This document shows positions 1 through 6,045 of a stretch of DNA of 20,000 bases, piece after piece (the first letter of the stretch is position 1; every line of letters begins with the position of its first letter). Source of the DNA: an uncultured virus (IMG/VR IMGVR_UViG_2671181191_000004) (Duplodnaviria; Heunggongvirae; Uroviricota; Caudoviricetes); the IMG/VR virus record IMGVR_UViG_2671181191_000004; one strand, 5' to 3'. The notes under the pieces were generated by a model that was not told the origin of the DNA, made no database searches, and was given only the letters and a program-made list of their open reading frames with translations. A program made the position numbers and the translations under genes.

Positions 1-90
1 CCGACGCATAGCATCGGCTTCCACTTCACGTCTACGATAAGTGGAACTTCCATTTTTGTATGTACGTATACCGCCTGAAGTCTTTGCCAT
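1..90 (-). CDS. Partial ORF running off the window edge; fourth MAKT[SA]GG[VLI]R-leader protein
   Basis: Manual translation from ATG at 90 gives MAKTSGGIRTYKNGSSTYRRREVEADAMRR... It starts 2 nt after the TAG of the 93..353 ORF. Confidence 0.85.
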   Translation of the reverse strand, partial: MAKTSGGIRTYKNGSSTYRRREVEADAMRR

Positions 91-92
91 AT

Positions 93-353
93 CTATCTTC
101 TACTTAATCCCATATAAGTTGAACGTTTAGCTTTTGCATCACTGGGAATCATACCATTATACGCTCTGCTGAAATTAGTAAAATATCTCTCATAAATAGA
201 TTTTACCCTATCTCTGATTACCCGTTGCTTTTCCGAACTTCCATACTGTCTATAAGCTTGCGTTTGAATACGATACCTTTGCGCAGTCAATTCCTTCATA
301 GACTTTGTACGTTCCTTCCCATTACTCCTTACTCCTCCTGATGTTTTAGCCAT
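93..353 (-). CDS. Small basic protein with MAKTSGGVR leader (86 aa)
   Basis: ORF track. It has 21 K/R against 6 D/E by manual count and is tightly packed in the operon. Confidence 0.85.
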   Translation of the reverse strand: MAKTSGGVRSNGKERTKSMKELTAQRYRIQTQAYRQYGSSEKQRVIRDRVKSIYERYFTNFSRAYNGMIPSDAKAKRSTYMGLSRR

Positions 354-364
354 ATCTTTAATTC

Positions 365-700
365 TTAATCACCAACAAACTTACTTCCGAAACGTCCTCT
401 TTTATTAGGTGTGTAAAATGCAGATTCTGGTATAGATAAATCATCATAAGAACTCCTTTGAGCAGGTTTCAAATCTTTATACTCCTTTCTCATTTTATCA
501 AGATAAGACTTATTGGCAGCAGCTTTATAATCAGTAGTTACCGCCCGACCGCCATAGTTTCTCCAAGCCTGTTTTATACTTTCTGAAAAAGATATTTTTC
601 CGCCATAAAGTCTATAGAGTTTATGTGCCATCGCCATTACTTTCGAACTGTTCATTCGAGACGAAGTTCCATTCCTTACTCCTCCTGCCGTTTTAGCCAT
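365..700 (-). CDS. Small basic protein with MAKTAGGVR leader (111 aa)
   Basis: ORF track. It starts 2 nt after the upstream stop and contains a VMxxA...FSExxKxAW helical motif. Confidence 0.85.
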   Translation of the reverse strand: MAKTAGGVRNGTSSRMNSSKVMAMAHKLYRLYGGKISFSESIKQAWRNYGGRAVTTDYKAAANKSYLDKMRKEYKDLKPAQRSSYDDLSIPESAFYTPNKRGRFGSKFVGD

Positions 701-702
701 AG

Positions 703-1038
703 TTATCTCCTTCCGGTGTATCCACCTCTTCCTGCTCGGAATTCACGTCTGTCTCTAACTTCAAACTCACGAGCTAGGTCACGATTATAAATATCATATT
801 GTGTACCTCTGCGTGTATCTTTGTCAATAGCTGCTGCTGTAGCAAAGCCTGATTTAGCAGGACTATCAAAGCGGGATGCAACCCTATCAATCCACTTTTC
901 GGCCTGTGATTGTGTACGAAAATTCTTTTGTAACCACCTTGTTTCTCCATTACGATTCTGTACCGCAACTGAAGCCTGAAAATTTCCTCCACTTCGTGAA
1001 GAACTACCACTTCTTAGCCCACCTGCCGTTTTAGCCAT
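703..1038 (-). CDS. Small Arg-rich protein with MAKTAGGLR leader (111 aa)
   Basis: The likely start is ATG at 1038, which overlaps the upstream stop (ATGGCTAA) and is preceded by AAGGAGGTGA. The ORF-track start at 1092 lies inside the upstream gene. Confidence 0.85.
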   Translation of the reverse strand: MAKTAGGLRSGSSSRSGGNFQASVAVQNRNGETRWLQKNFRTQSQAEKWIDRVASRFDSPAKSGFATAAAIDKDTRRGTQYDIYNRDLAREFEVRDRREFRAGRGGYTGRR

Positions 1039-2137
1039 TTTCACCTCCTTTCTTGATTTGCTTAACTCTATTAGCCATGAACTGCTCAACATAAAGTACG
1101 TTGTTTTGCAAACATAATTCCCTTATTGCTTCACCACCTCCGTAAACGATCATATTGGGGTTGTCTTTACCTGATATTTCGCGGGCTATTTGTATTTCCA
1201 ACTTAAGGTATTCCTGTCTATCTGTATAACCACGCGTAGCAAAAGCATCGTAGCCATCTGGAATACCCAAACAGTTATATTTGTAGAATTTTTGCGCCAC
1301 ATTGAGATCTACATAAATCTTAGCACCACACTCCTGCCAAAAACGGGCAATCCAACGCTTCATATAAATTTGTTGTAAGCCGTAGGCTATAGGTGTGGTA
1401 TCGAATAAAGATAGATTGGGTTCTACCAGTTCGGTGCATCCGCTATCCAATACGGATATTGGATTATTCCAAATATTGGTAAAACGATAATCTTCCACAT
1501 AAAAGTGATAGGTGGATATCCCCTTCTTAGCCCTTGTATCCGAACCCCATCCAGCAAAGGGTAGTAATAATCCACTTGTAGGTTGTCCGTCAAACAATAG
1601 ACTAGGGACATCAAACTCGTTATTACTGTCATAAATACGGTCACCAAGCATCATAGCAAAAAAATCAGCTTTCCTAACTTCTTCCTCGCCTGTTTCCTCT
1701 TGTTGTTTGGGCTTTTTTAGCTGCTTATCCTCTTTCGGTTCTTGCCACACGTCAAAGCCCCATTCTTCCAACTCTAAGCTATCCCATTCATTAGCCAAAG
1801 CATCCCAATCGTTTTCACCAAAAGGATTGTTATCTTGAATAAGCATCTGACGGAGCTTTTCTACCGGCATATTTTCGGGTAATATACAACAAGGCACTTC
1901 TGTCCATCCGAGATACTTGTATGCCTGCAAACGCATATTTCCACCAATGACAACATAACTACCATTATAAGGATAAACAAGAATATCTCTCGCCTCTGTC
2001 ATTTCTGGAAGTGACTGTATAGAGCGACACAACTTACGAAATTTCTCATCTTTGATAAGACGGGGATTCCTCGGCAGCCCTTCTAGCTGTCCTTCATTCG
2101 GGATTACTTTCGATATATCTATCTTGGCTCTTTGCAT
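1031..2137 (-). CDS. ParB/Srx-like N-terminal domain fused to a DUF4417-like domain
   Basis: The N-terminus NPRLI...LCRSI...VVIGGNMRLQA...VPC...IQDN fits ParB-N. After an acidic linker, HFYVEDYRF..IWNNP...PNLSLF...KRWIARFWQECG matches the DUF4417 pattern as I recall it. Confidence 0.8.
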   Translation of the reverse strand: MQRAKIDISKVIPNEGQLEGLPRNPRLIKDEKFRKLCRSIQSLPEMTEARDILVYPYNGSYVVIGGNMRLQAYKYLGWTEVPCCILPENMPVEKLRQMLIQDNNPFGENDWDALANEWDSLELEEWGFDVWQEPKEDKQLKKPKQQEETGEEEVRKADFFAMMLGDRIYDSNNEFDVPSLLFDGQPTSGLLLPFAGWGSDTRAKKGISTYHFYVEDYRFTNIWNNPISVLDSGCTELVEPNLSLFDTTPIAYGLQQIYMKRWIARFWQECGAKIYVDLNVAQKFYKYNCLGIPDGYDAFATRGYTDRQEYLKLEIQIAREISGKDNPNMIVYGGGEAIRELCLQNNVLYVEQFMANRVKQIKKGGENG

Positions 2138-2142
2138 AAAAA

Positions 2143-2193
2143 TACCTTTGAACTACTATTACTCATCCAAAGGTACTACCACAACCAAAGATA
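2143..2193 (-). promoter_or_regulatory. Candidate promoter and leader hairpin of the ParB-DUF4417 operon
   Basis: Minus-strand TAnnTTTG boxes lie at 2186-2193 (TATCTTTG) and 2168-2175 (TACCTTTG). The segments 2143-2150 and 2168-2175 form an inverted repeat. Confidence 0.4.
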
Positions 2194-2235
2194 ACGAAAT
2201 ATCTTCAATTGTTATATGTGACAATCTGTCTTAAG

Positions 2236-2442
2236 TCACAAAGTCTTTTTCAGCCATTTATCCCGTCTTTCTCTGCACACCTCTAAGGTAGGCGCACAAC
2301 AAGAAAACAACTCACCGTCTTCTGTACGATAGTCGTATTGGTACATTCTCACTCTCTTTCTGCCTAACTTCGTTGTGTAGGTAGTGTAATTCTCTTTACC
2401 GGGCTGGCATACGCTGCAACCGTTTTCATTTATTGAGTTCAT
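2236..2442 (-). CDS. DUF3873-like protein
   Basis: NGCSVC..G.ENY...YQYDYR..DGELFSC.APTL..CR..RDKWL is the Bacteroides DUF3873 pattern as I recall it. Likely start is ATG at 2442. Confidence 0.7.
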   Translation of the reverse strand: MNSINENGCSVCQPGKENYTTYTTKLGRKRVRMYQYDYRTEDGELFSCCAPTLEVCRERRDKWLKKTL

Positions 2443-2453
2443 AATCACTATAT

Positions 2454-2651
2454 TTAATGTTTAGCATTCAATCTTTCTTCACTCGTATAAGCCACTACAA
2501 GACCAGTTTCATCGTGCTGTATGGTGATGTACTTTTCGTTCTTGTCAATGGTAGTAAAGTCGTACATGGTACATAGCTTGCCCAATACTTTGCCCAGTTG
2601 CTTCATCAGTGGGGCTTCGGGGCTGATAACTAAAACTAAATCTGCTTTCAT
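2454..2651 (-). CDS. Hypothetical phage protein (65 aa)
   Basis: ORF track; the start is preceded by CACACGATT. Confidence 0.8.
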   Translation of the reverse strand: MKADLVLVISPEAPLMKQLGKVLGKLCTMYDFTTIDKNEKYITIQHDETGLVVAYTSEERLNAKH

Positions 2652-2666
2652 AATCGTGTGTATTTT

Positions 2667-2697
2667 GGTAACCCGAAGGCTACCGAGTTAAACCTTA
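2667..2697 (-). repeat. Intergenic unit 1: TAA-GGTTTAAC plus a C(UUCG)G hairpin
   Basis: Minus strand reads TAAGGTTTAACTC GGTAGCC-TTCG-GGTTACC. Confidence 0.75.
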
Positions 2698-2907
2698 ATT
2701 AATTCTTTCATATTTCTGCAATACGCTTACAGGTATACCATCGCTAACACCACAATCATTCTCAATTATACCAAAAGGCGTAATATTATTAGCAATCTTT
2801 TTACATTCTGCTACACTTTCACCATCATATCTCTCGTAGGTTCTTAATACTGTATATATTACTTCAAGGCTACCGGGGTGAATTATTTCTTTGTACATCT
2901 CTTTCAT
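2695..2907 (-). CDS. Hypothetical protein (70 aa)
   Basis: ORF track; bounded by hairpin units on both sides. Confidence 0.75.
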   Translation of the reverse strand: MKEMYKEIIHPGSLEVIYTVLRTYERYDGESVAECKKIANNITPFGIIENDCGVSDGIPVSVLQKYERIN

Positions 2908-2922
2908 AATCTTCTATATTGC

Positions 2923-2953
2923 GCAGGGCTTTCGCCCTGCTGGTTAAACCTTA
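2923..2953 (-). repeat. Intergenic unit 2: TAA-GGTTTAAC plus a GAAA tetraloop hairpin
   Basis: Minus strand reads TAAGGTTTAACCA GCAGGGC-GAAA-GCCCTGC. Confidence 0.75.
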
Positions 2954-3121
2954 GAATTTGTATTGAATTGTATCAAGAGGATTAGCACCATTAGAAACTG
3001 CTACTTCAAATGCTTCTTCAATGGTTGTCTTACCTGTTGCTATCTCGTGACGTGTTTCACTTTCTGCAAAACCGTTGCCTTTAACTTCTTCTGACCATGT
3101 GTAAAAAACTACTGTAATCAT
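2951..3121 (-). CDS. Hypothetical protein (56 aa, MITVVFYTW...)
   Basis: The likely start is ATG at 3121, downstream of the hairpin. The ORF-track start at 3160 would translate the hairpin. Confidence 0.7.
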   Translation of the reverse strand: MITVVFYTWSEEVKGNGFAESETRHEIATGKTTIEEAFEVAVSNGANPLDTIQYKF

Positions 3122-3136
3122 TGCTCTATATCTTTG

Positions 3137-3169
3137 TGGTGGGGTTATTAGCCCCACCAATTAAACTTA
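3137..3169 (-). repeat. Intergenic unit 3: TAA-GTTTAAT plus an 8-bp hairpin
   Basis: Minus strand reads TAAGTTTAAT TGGTGGGG-CTAATAA-CCCCACCA. Confidence 0.7.
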
Positions 3170-3415
3170 TAATATCGTAATCTCTTTGTTGCCTATCTCT
3201 GTATCTACATTCAGAACCTCATACTTTTGAGCCCTGTAATTATAAACGATCTCACAAGTATTGAAACCTCTACCATCTTCTCTTTGGTCATATATAGTAT
3301 TTATATGCTGATACATTTTATTGCCTAACATAAAGTTTATCTTGCCTGATGTACAGAAGTAGAATGCTACTGCATACTTCAATGTTTTCTTTTCATCAAT
3401 CTTCTTTGTTGCCAT
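3167..3415 (-). CDS. Hypothetical protein (82 aa, MATKKIDEKK...)
   Basis: ORF track, with the start moved to ATG at 3415, just after the upstream stop at 3426. Confidence 0.75.
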   Translation of the reverse strand: MATKKIDEKKTLKYAVAFYFCTSGKINFMLGNKMYQHINTIYDQREDGRGFNTCEIVYNYRAQKYEVLNVDTEIGNKEITIL

Positions 3416-3425
3416 GATTGTATAT

Positions 3426-3608
3426 TTAAGCATTAATACCAATTGCGTTTCTCATAAAGTCACTTGCTTGTTCTACTGACATACCTAGTTTCTTTTGAAT
3501 CAGAAGAAGCATACAGCTTACTTGTTCTTCTGTATCTAAGTTACCTTGTGCAAACTCTGACATGATGAACTTCTCTATCATTCTTTGTTTAATTACTGAT
3601 GCTGCCAT
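3426..3608 (-). CDS. Hypothetical protein (60 aa, MAASVIKQR...), first gene of the leftward accessory operon
   Basis: ATG at 3608 is preceded by ATACGATT and lies downstream of a minus-strand TACATTTG box. Confidence 0.75.
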   Translation of the reverse strand: MAASVIKQRMIEKFIMSEFAQGNLDTEEQVSCMLLLIQKKLGMSVEQASDFMRNAIGINA

Positions 3609-3651
3609 AATCGTATATTTTTTAATTGTTATTACTTCGTTTCTGATGATG

Positions 3652-3763
3652 CAAATGTAAGGTATATACATCACACAGCAAAACAACAAGTGATATTAAT
3701 TATCACTATTAACATTATTTAGTGATATATATATATCACACATACACAATAAACGTATCTTTG
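3652..3763. promoter_or_regulatory. Divergent promoters with GTGAT-N-ATCAC palindromic operators
   Basis: TACATTTG (-) at 3652-3659 and TATCTTTG (+) at 3756-3763. Palindromes: AGTGATA-TTAAT-TATCACT at 3689-3707, GTGATATATATATATCAC at 3722-3739, and an imperfect copy at 3657-3674. Confidence 0.7.
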
Positions 3764-3782
3764 CAAAAAGAAAAAACTAATT

Positions 3783-4082
3783 ATGAATAGAATCAAAGAA
3801 GTAATTAAAGAACAGGGCTTCACTATAACAAGCCTTGCAGATAAATTAGGAATCGCACGTGAGAGCCTTTCACGAATGATAGTATCGCCATCATACCCAA
3901 CACTTGAAAAGATTTCCAATGCGCTGAATGTTCCGATATGGCAACTATTTGTTTCACCAGTAGAAGTCACAGGAGAAGGTGAACTAACCGCCCTCATCCA
4001 ACACAAAGGAGACTTCTATAAAGCCAGTACCATAGAAGAACTGGAACAAATTGTAGCTGAAATCAAAGATAAAGCCAATTAA
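3783..4082 (+). CDS. XRE-family HTH transcriptional regulator
   Basis: RIKEVIKEQGFTITSLADKLGIARESLSRMI...PTLEKISNALNVPIWQLF is a cro/C1-type HTH. Confidence 0.9.
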   Translation: MNRIKEVIKEQGFTITSLADKLGIARESLSRMIVSPSYPTLEKISNALNVPIWQLFVSPVEVTGEGELTALIQHKGDFYKASTIEELEQIVAEIKDKAN

Positions 4083-4107
4083 AGTTGTTATATATGTAAA
4101 CTTTTAC

Positions 4108-4115
4108 TATATTTG
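4108..4115 (+). promoter_or_regulatory. -7 promoter box of the toxin-antitoxin operon
   Basis: TATATTTG ends 4 nt before ATG 4120. Confidence 0.6.
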
Positions 4116-4119
4116 CATC

Positions 4120-4455
4120 ATGAAAAAAGAAAGAGAGATATTATATTATGAGAGTTACTTTATAGACTTCTTCATGTCATTAGAGGATGGAGCAAAGAAA
4201 AAAGTATCTTATGTGCTTGATATGCTCAAGACACAAGAGCGACAGAATAAAAACTTCGTGAAATTCATACGCGAGGGTGTATATGAATTAAGAGCAAGCC
4301 ATAACGGAAATATTTATCGTGCTTTCTTTATCTTTGATGATGGGAACATCGTAATGCTGTTTAACGGTTTTCAAAAGAAGACCCAGAAGACACCTGAAAG
4401 TGAAATTAATAAGGCTTTAAAACTTAAAAATGAATATTATGCAAGCAAATCCTAA
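4120..4455 (+). CDS. higB: RelE/HigB-family toxin (Gp49-like)
   Basis: GVYELRA...IYRAFFIF...IVMLFNGFQKKTQKTP.SEI.KA motif; it lies upstream of an HTH antitoxin. Confidence 0.88.
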   Translation: MKKEREILYYESYFIDFFMSLEDGAKKKVSYVLDMLKTQERQNKNFVKFIREGVYELRASHNGNIYRAFFIFDDGNIVMLFNGFQKKTQKTPESEINKALKLKNEYYASKS

Positions 4456-4741
4456 AATTGGAAGTATGGATGCCGTATTAGACAAATTATACGGCAAAGT
4501 TGGCTCACCTGAAAGGGAGGAGTTTCGCAAAGAGGCATACGCTTATTGTGTGGGGCAAATGATTAGTGACGCACGTAAACAAGAAAAAATGACACAATCT
4601 GAACTTGCGGAAAAGGTCGGTACTAATAAAACTTATATATCAAGGATCGAAAAAGGAGTTATAGAACCAGGAGTTGGTTTATTCTTTCGCATCATTGATG
4701 CACTGGGACTTAAAATAGAAATCGTCAAGCCCATATTATAA
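4439..4741 (+). CDS. higA: HigA-like XRE antitoxin
   Basis: ARKQEKMTQSELAEKVGTNKTYISRIEKG HTH. It overlaps the toxin 3' end; start is ATG at 4439 or 4430. Confidence 0.88.
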   Translation: MQANPKIGSMDAVLDKLYGKVGSPEREEFRKEAYAYCVGQMISDARKQEKMTQSELAEKVGTNKTYISRIEKGVIEPGVGLFFRIIDALGLKIEIVKPIL

Positions 4742-5025
4742 TGGATAAACAAGAACTATTCATCTGCGCTTGTAACAGCGTAGAACACCAATTGATAATG
4801 TCATATTTCGCGGATGAAGAAGACAGGGAAGTATATTGCAGCGTGCATCTAAAACCGGAAAGAAACATATTTAAACGGATATGGAAAGCCATAAAATACA
4901 TATTTGGTCATCGGAGTATCTACGGTGATTTTGATGAATTCATTTTCAAACAGGAAGATGCAGACAGATTGCAACAGATAGCCGACTATCTCAAAACTTG
5001 TAAAGAAAGAAAGCCGGAGCACTAA
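4741..5025 (+). CDS. Hypothetical protein translationally coupled to the antitoxin
   Basis: TAATG overlap at 4739-4743; CxC...H and CxxH residues. Confidence 0.8.
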   Translation: MDKQELFICACNSVEHQLIMSYFADEEDREVYCSVHLKPERNIFKRIWKAIKYIFGHRSIYGDFDEFIFKQEDADRLQQIADYLKTCKERKPEH

Positions 5026-5041
5026 CCCCGGCTTTCTTTTT
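5006..5041. terminator. Bidirectional intrinsic terminator
   Basis: Inverted repeat AAAGAAAGCCGG (5006-5017) / CCGGCTTTCTTT (5028-5039) at the junction of convergent genes. Confidence 0.8.
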
Positions 5042-5059
5042 CGTGCTATGGTAGCACCT

Positions 5060-5497
5060 TCAATTGATTAGCCCTTTGAATTTTAACCGATTTACGATTT
5101 CTGTGTAAAGATAATCTATATCCGCACGATAATCCTTATAATTGTTATAGTTAAACGTGACATTAACGTAAAGGTTAGAAATTCCTGTAGGGGCTTTAAA
5201 TCCCAATATGCCGGCAAGTATATCACGTACCCCTCTGGCAATCTTTCCACCTGCTAATGCACTTGGGGAATAAAGGAAAAGAATTATAAAGATGAATTTC
5301 TGCCGGAAGCTGGAACCGGCTCTTCTCTCAGGTAATCCGCAATTCCCCACAATTTCACAGTACCATTTGAATATTGTAGGAATAATACTTAGATCTAACA
5401 AAATAGGTTTGGTTAACTCTTGTTCTCTTTCCGATAATCTTGATTTCTGCTCTCTAATATATTTTAACTCCGATATCGCTGAAAATTCCTTCACCAT
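5060..5497 (-). CDS. Hypothetical phage protein (145 aa), possibly DNA-binding
   Basis: ORF track; last gene of the leftward run before the terminator. Confidence 0.8.
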   Translation of the reverse strand: MVKEFSAISELKYIREQKSRLSEREQELTKPILLDLSIIPTIFKWYCEIVGNCGLPERRAGSSFRQKFIFIILFLYSPSALAGGKIARGVRDILAGILGFKAPTGISNLYVNVTFNYNNYKDYRADIDYLYTEIVNRLKFKGLIN

Positions 5498-5537
5498 AAC
5501 ACAATTATTTTAAAAGTAAATAGTATATTTGCACTAT

Positions 5538-5592
5538 AATCGTGTGAGGGAGGATTGAGTGGTCGTGCGCTTGGTTCTCCTTTCTTATTTTA
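5538..5592 (+). ncRNA. Candidate small RNA A (G·U-rich 16-bp hairpin)
   Basis: TATATTTG box at 5524-5531. The 5546-5583 hairpin needs 7 G·U pairs, so it is stable only as + strand RNA. A U-rich tail follows. Confidence 0.4.
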
Positions 5593-5764
5593 CAGATTTA
5601 TTCTTTTTCATAATAATCCTATTCTTTTCATTCACTTCCCTACTCCACATAATAGCGGAATAAATAGCTTTCGCATATAAAAAGAGTTCCTCACGACTGG
5701 TAAGGAACTCTACCCTAAAGGCTGCGCATTTTGCATCAGTCCAAACATTTTTATCTATCTTCAT
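5585..5764 (-). CDS. Hypothetical protein (59 aa), not in the ORF track
   Basis: Manual translation: MKIDKNVWTDAKCAAFRVEFLTSREELFLYAKAIYSAIMWSREVNEKNRIIMKKNKSVK*. Confidence 0.6.
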   Translation of the reverse strand: MKIDKNVWTDAKCAAFRVEFLTSREELFLYAKAIYSAIMWSREVNEKNRIIMKKNKSVK

Positions 5765-5862
5765 TGCTCATTAGTTAATTTTATATATTTATAATGTTAA
5801 CAGTTAACATATATATTTGCCTGCTAAACCATGTTATAAGATGGCTGAACAAAGGCTGATAA

Positions 5863-5893
5863 TTTGCATAATTCCTGTAAATCCGTACCTTTG
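5863..5893 (+). promoter_or_regulatory. Consensus Bacteroides promoter (TTTG-N19-TACCTTTG)
   Basis: TTTG at 5863-5866 and TACCTTTG at 5886-5893, with a 19-nt spacer. Confidence 0.75.
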
Positions 5894-5897
5894 CAAT

Positions 5898-5964
5898 GTG
5901 TTTTTCATAGTATTAGATTAAGGTTAACAAAAGATTGGCTGTCTGGGATAGATAGCCTTTTTTT
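5898..5964 (+). ncRNA. Candidate small RNA B, complementary to a translation-initiation region
   Basis: It has its own promoter. The 5' part is GTGTTTTTCATAGTATTAGATTAAGGTTAA, followed by the terminator GGCTGTCT-GGGAT-AGATAGCC-T7. Confidence 0.7.
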
Positions 5965-6045
5965 GTTTAGTATCACTTCAACAAATTAATCTCAAGAAAT
6001 AGTCTCTATAGATATTCATCTTTTTATCTATCTTTGTGCACTATT

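Noticed and set aside
1..1038. MAKT[SA]GG leader as a bacteriocin double-glycine leader or histone-tail mimic
   Set aside because: It is much shorter than double-Gly leaders, no C39 peptidase/ABC exporter is in view, and the histone resemblance is only compositional.
1039..1092. N-terminal extension MLSSSWLIELSKSRKEVK of the 703..1092 ORF
   Set aside because: It lies inside the upstream gene. ATG at 1038 gives the shared leader and a coupled start.
774..2234. Alternative-frame or antisense ORFs 774-1010, 1190-1378, 1423-1647 and 2052-2234
   Set aside because: They are shadows of better-supported genes and show no recognisable motifs.
2667..3169. Hairpin units read as a CRISPR array, attC sites or terminators
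   Set aside because: The stem sequences differ, the spacers are whole genes, there is no cas or integron integrase, and there are no U tails.
3725..3736. (AT)n tract as a phase-variable microsatellite
   Set aside because: It is short and is explained as the spacer of a palindromic operator.
3719..4006. Minus-strand 95-aa ORF
   Set aside because: It is antisense to the clear XRE gene and runs into the operators.
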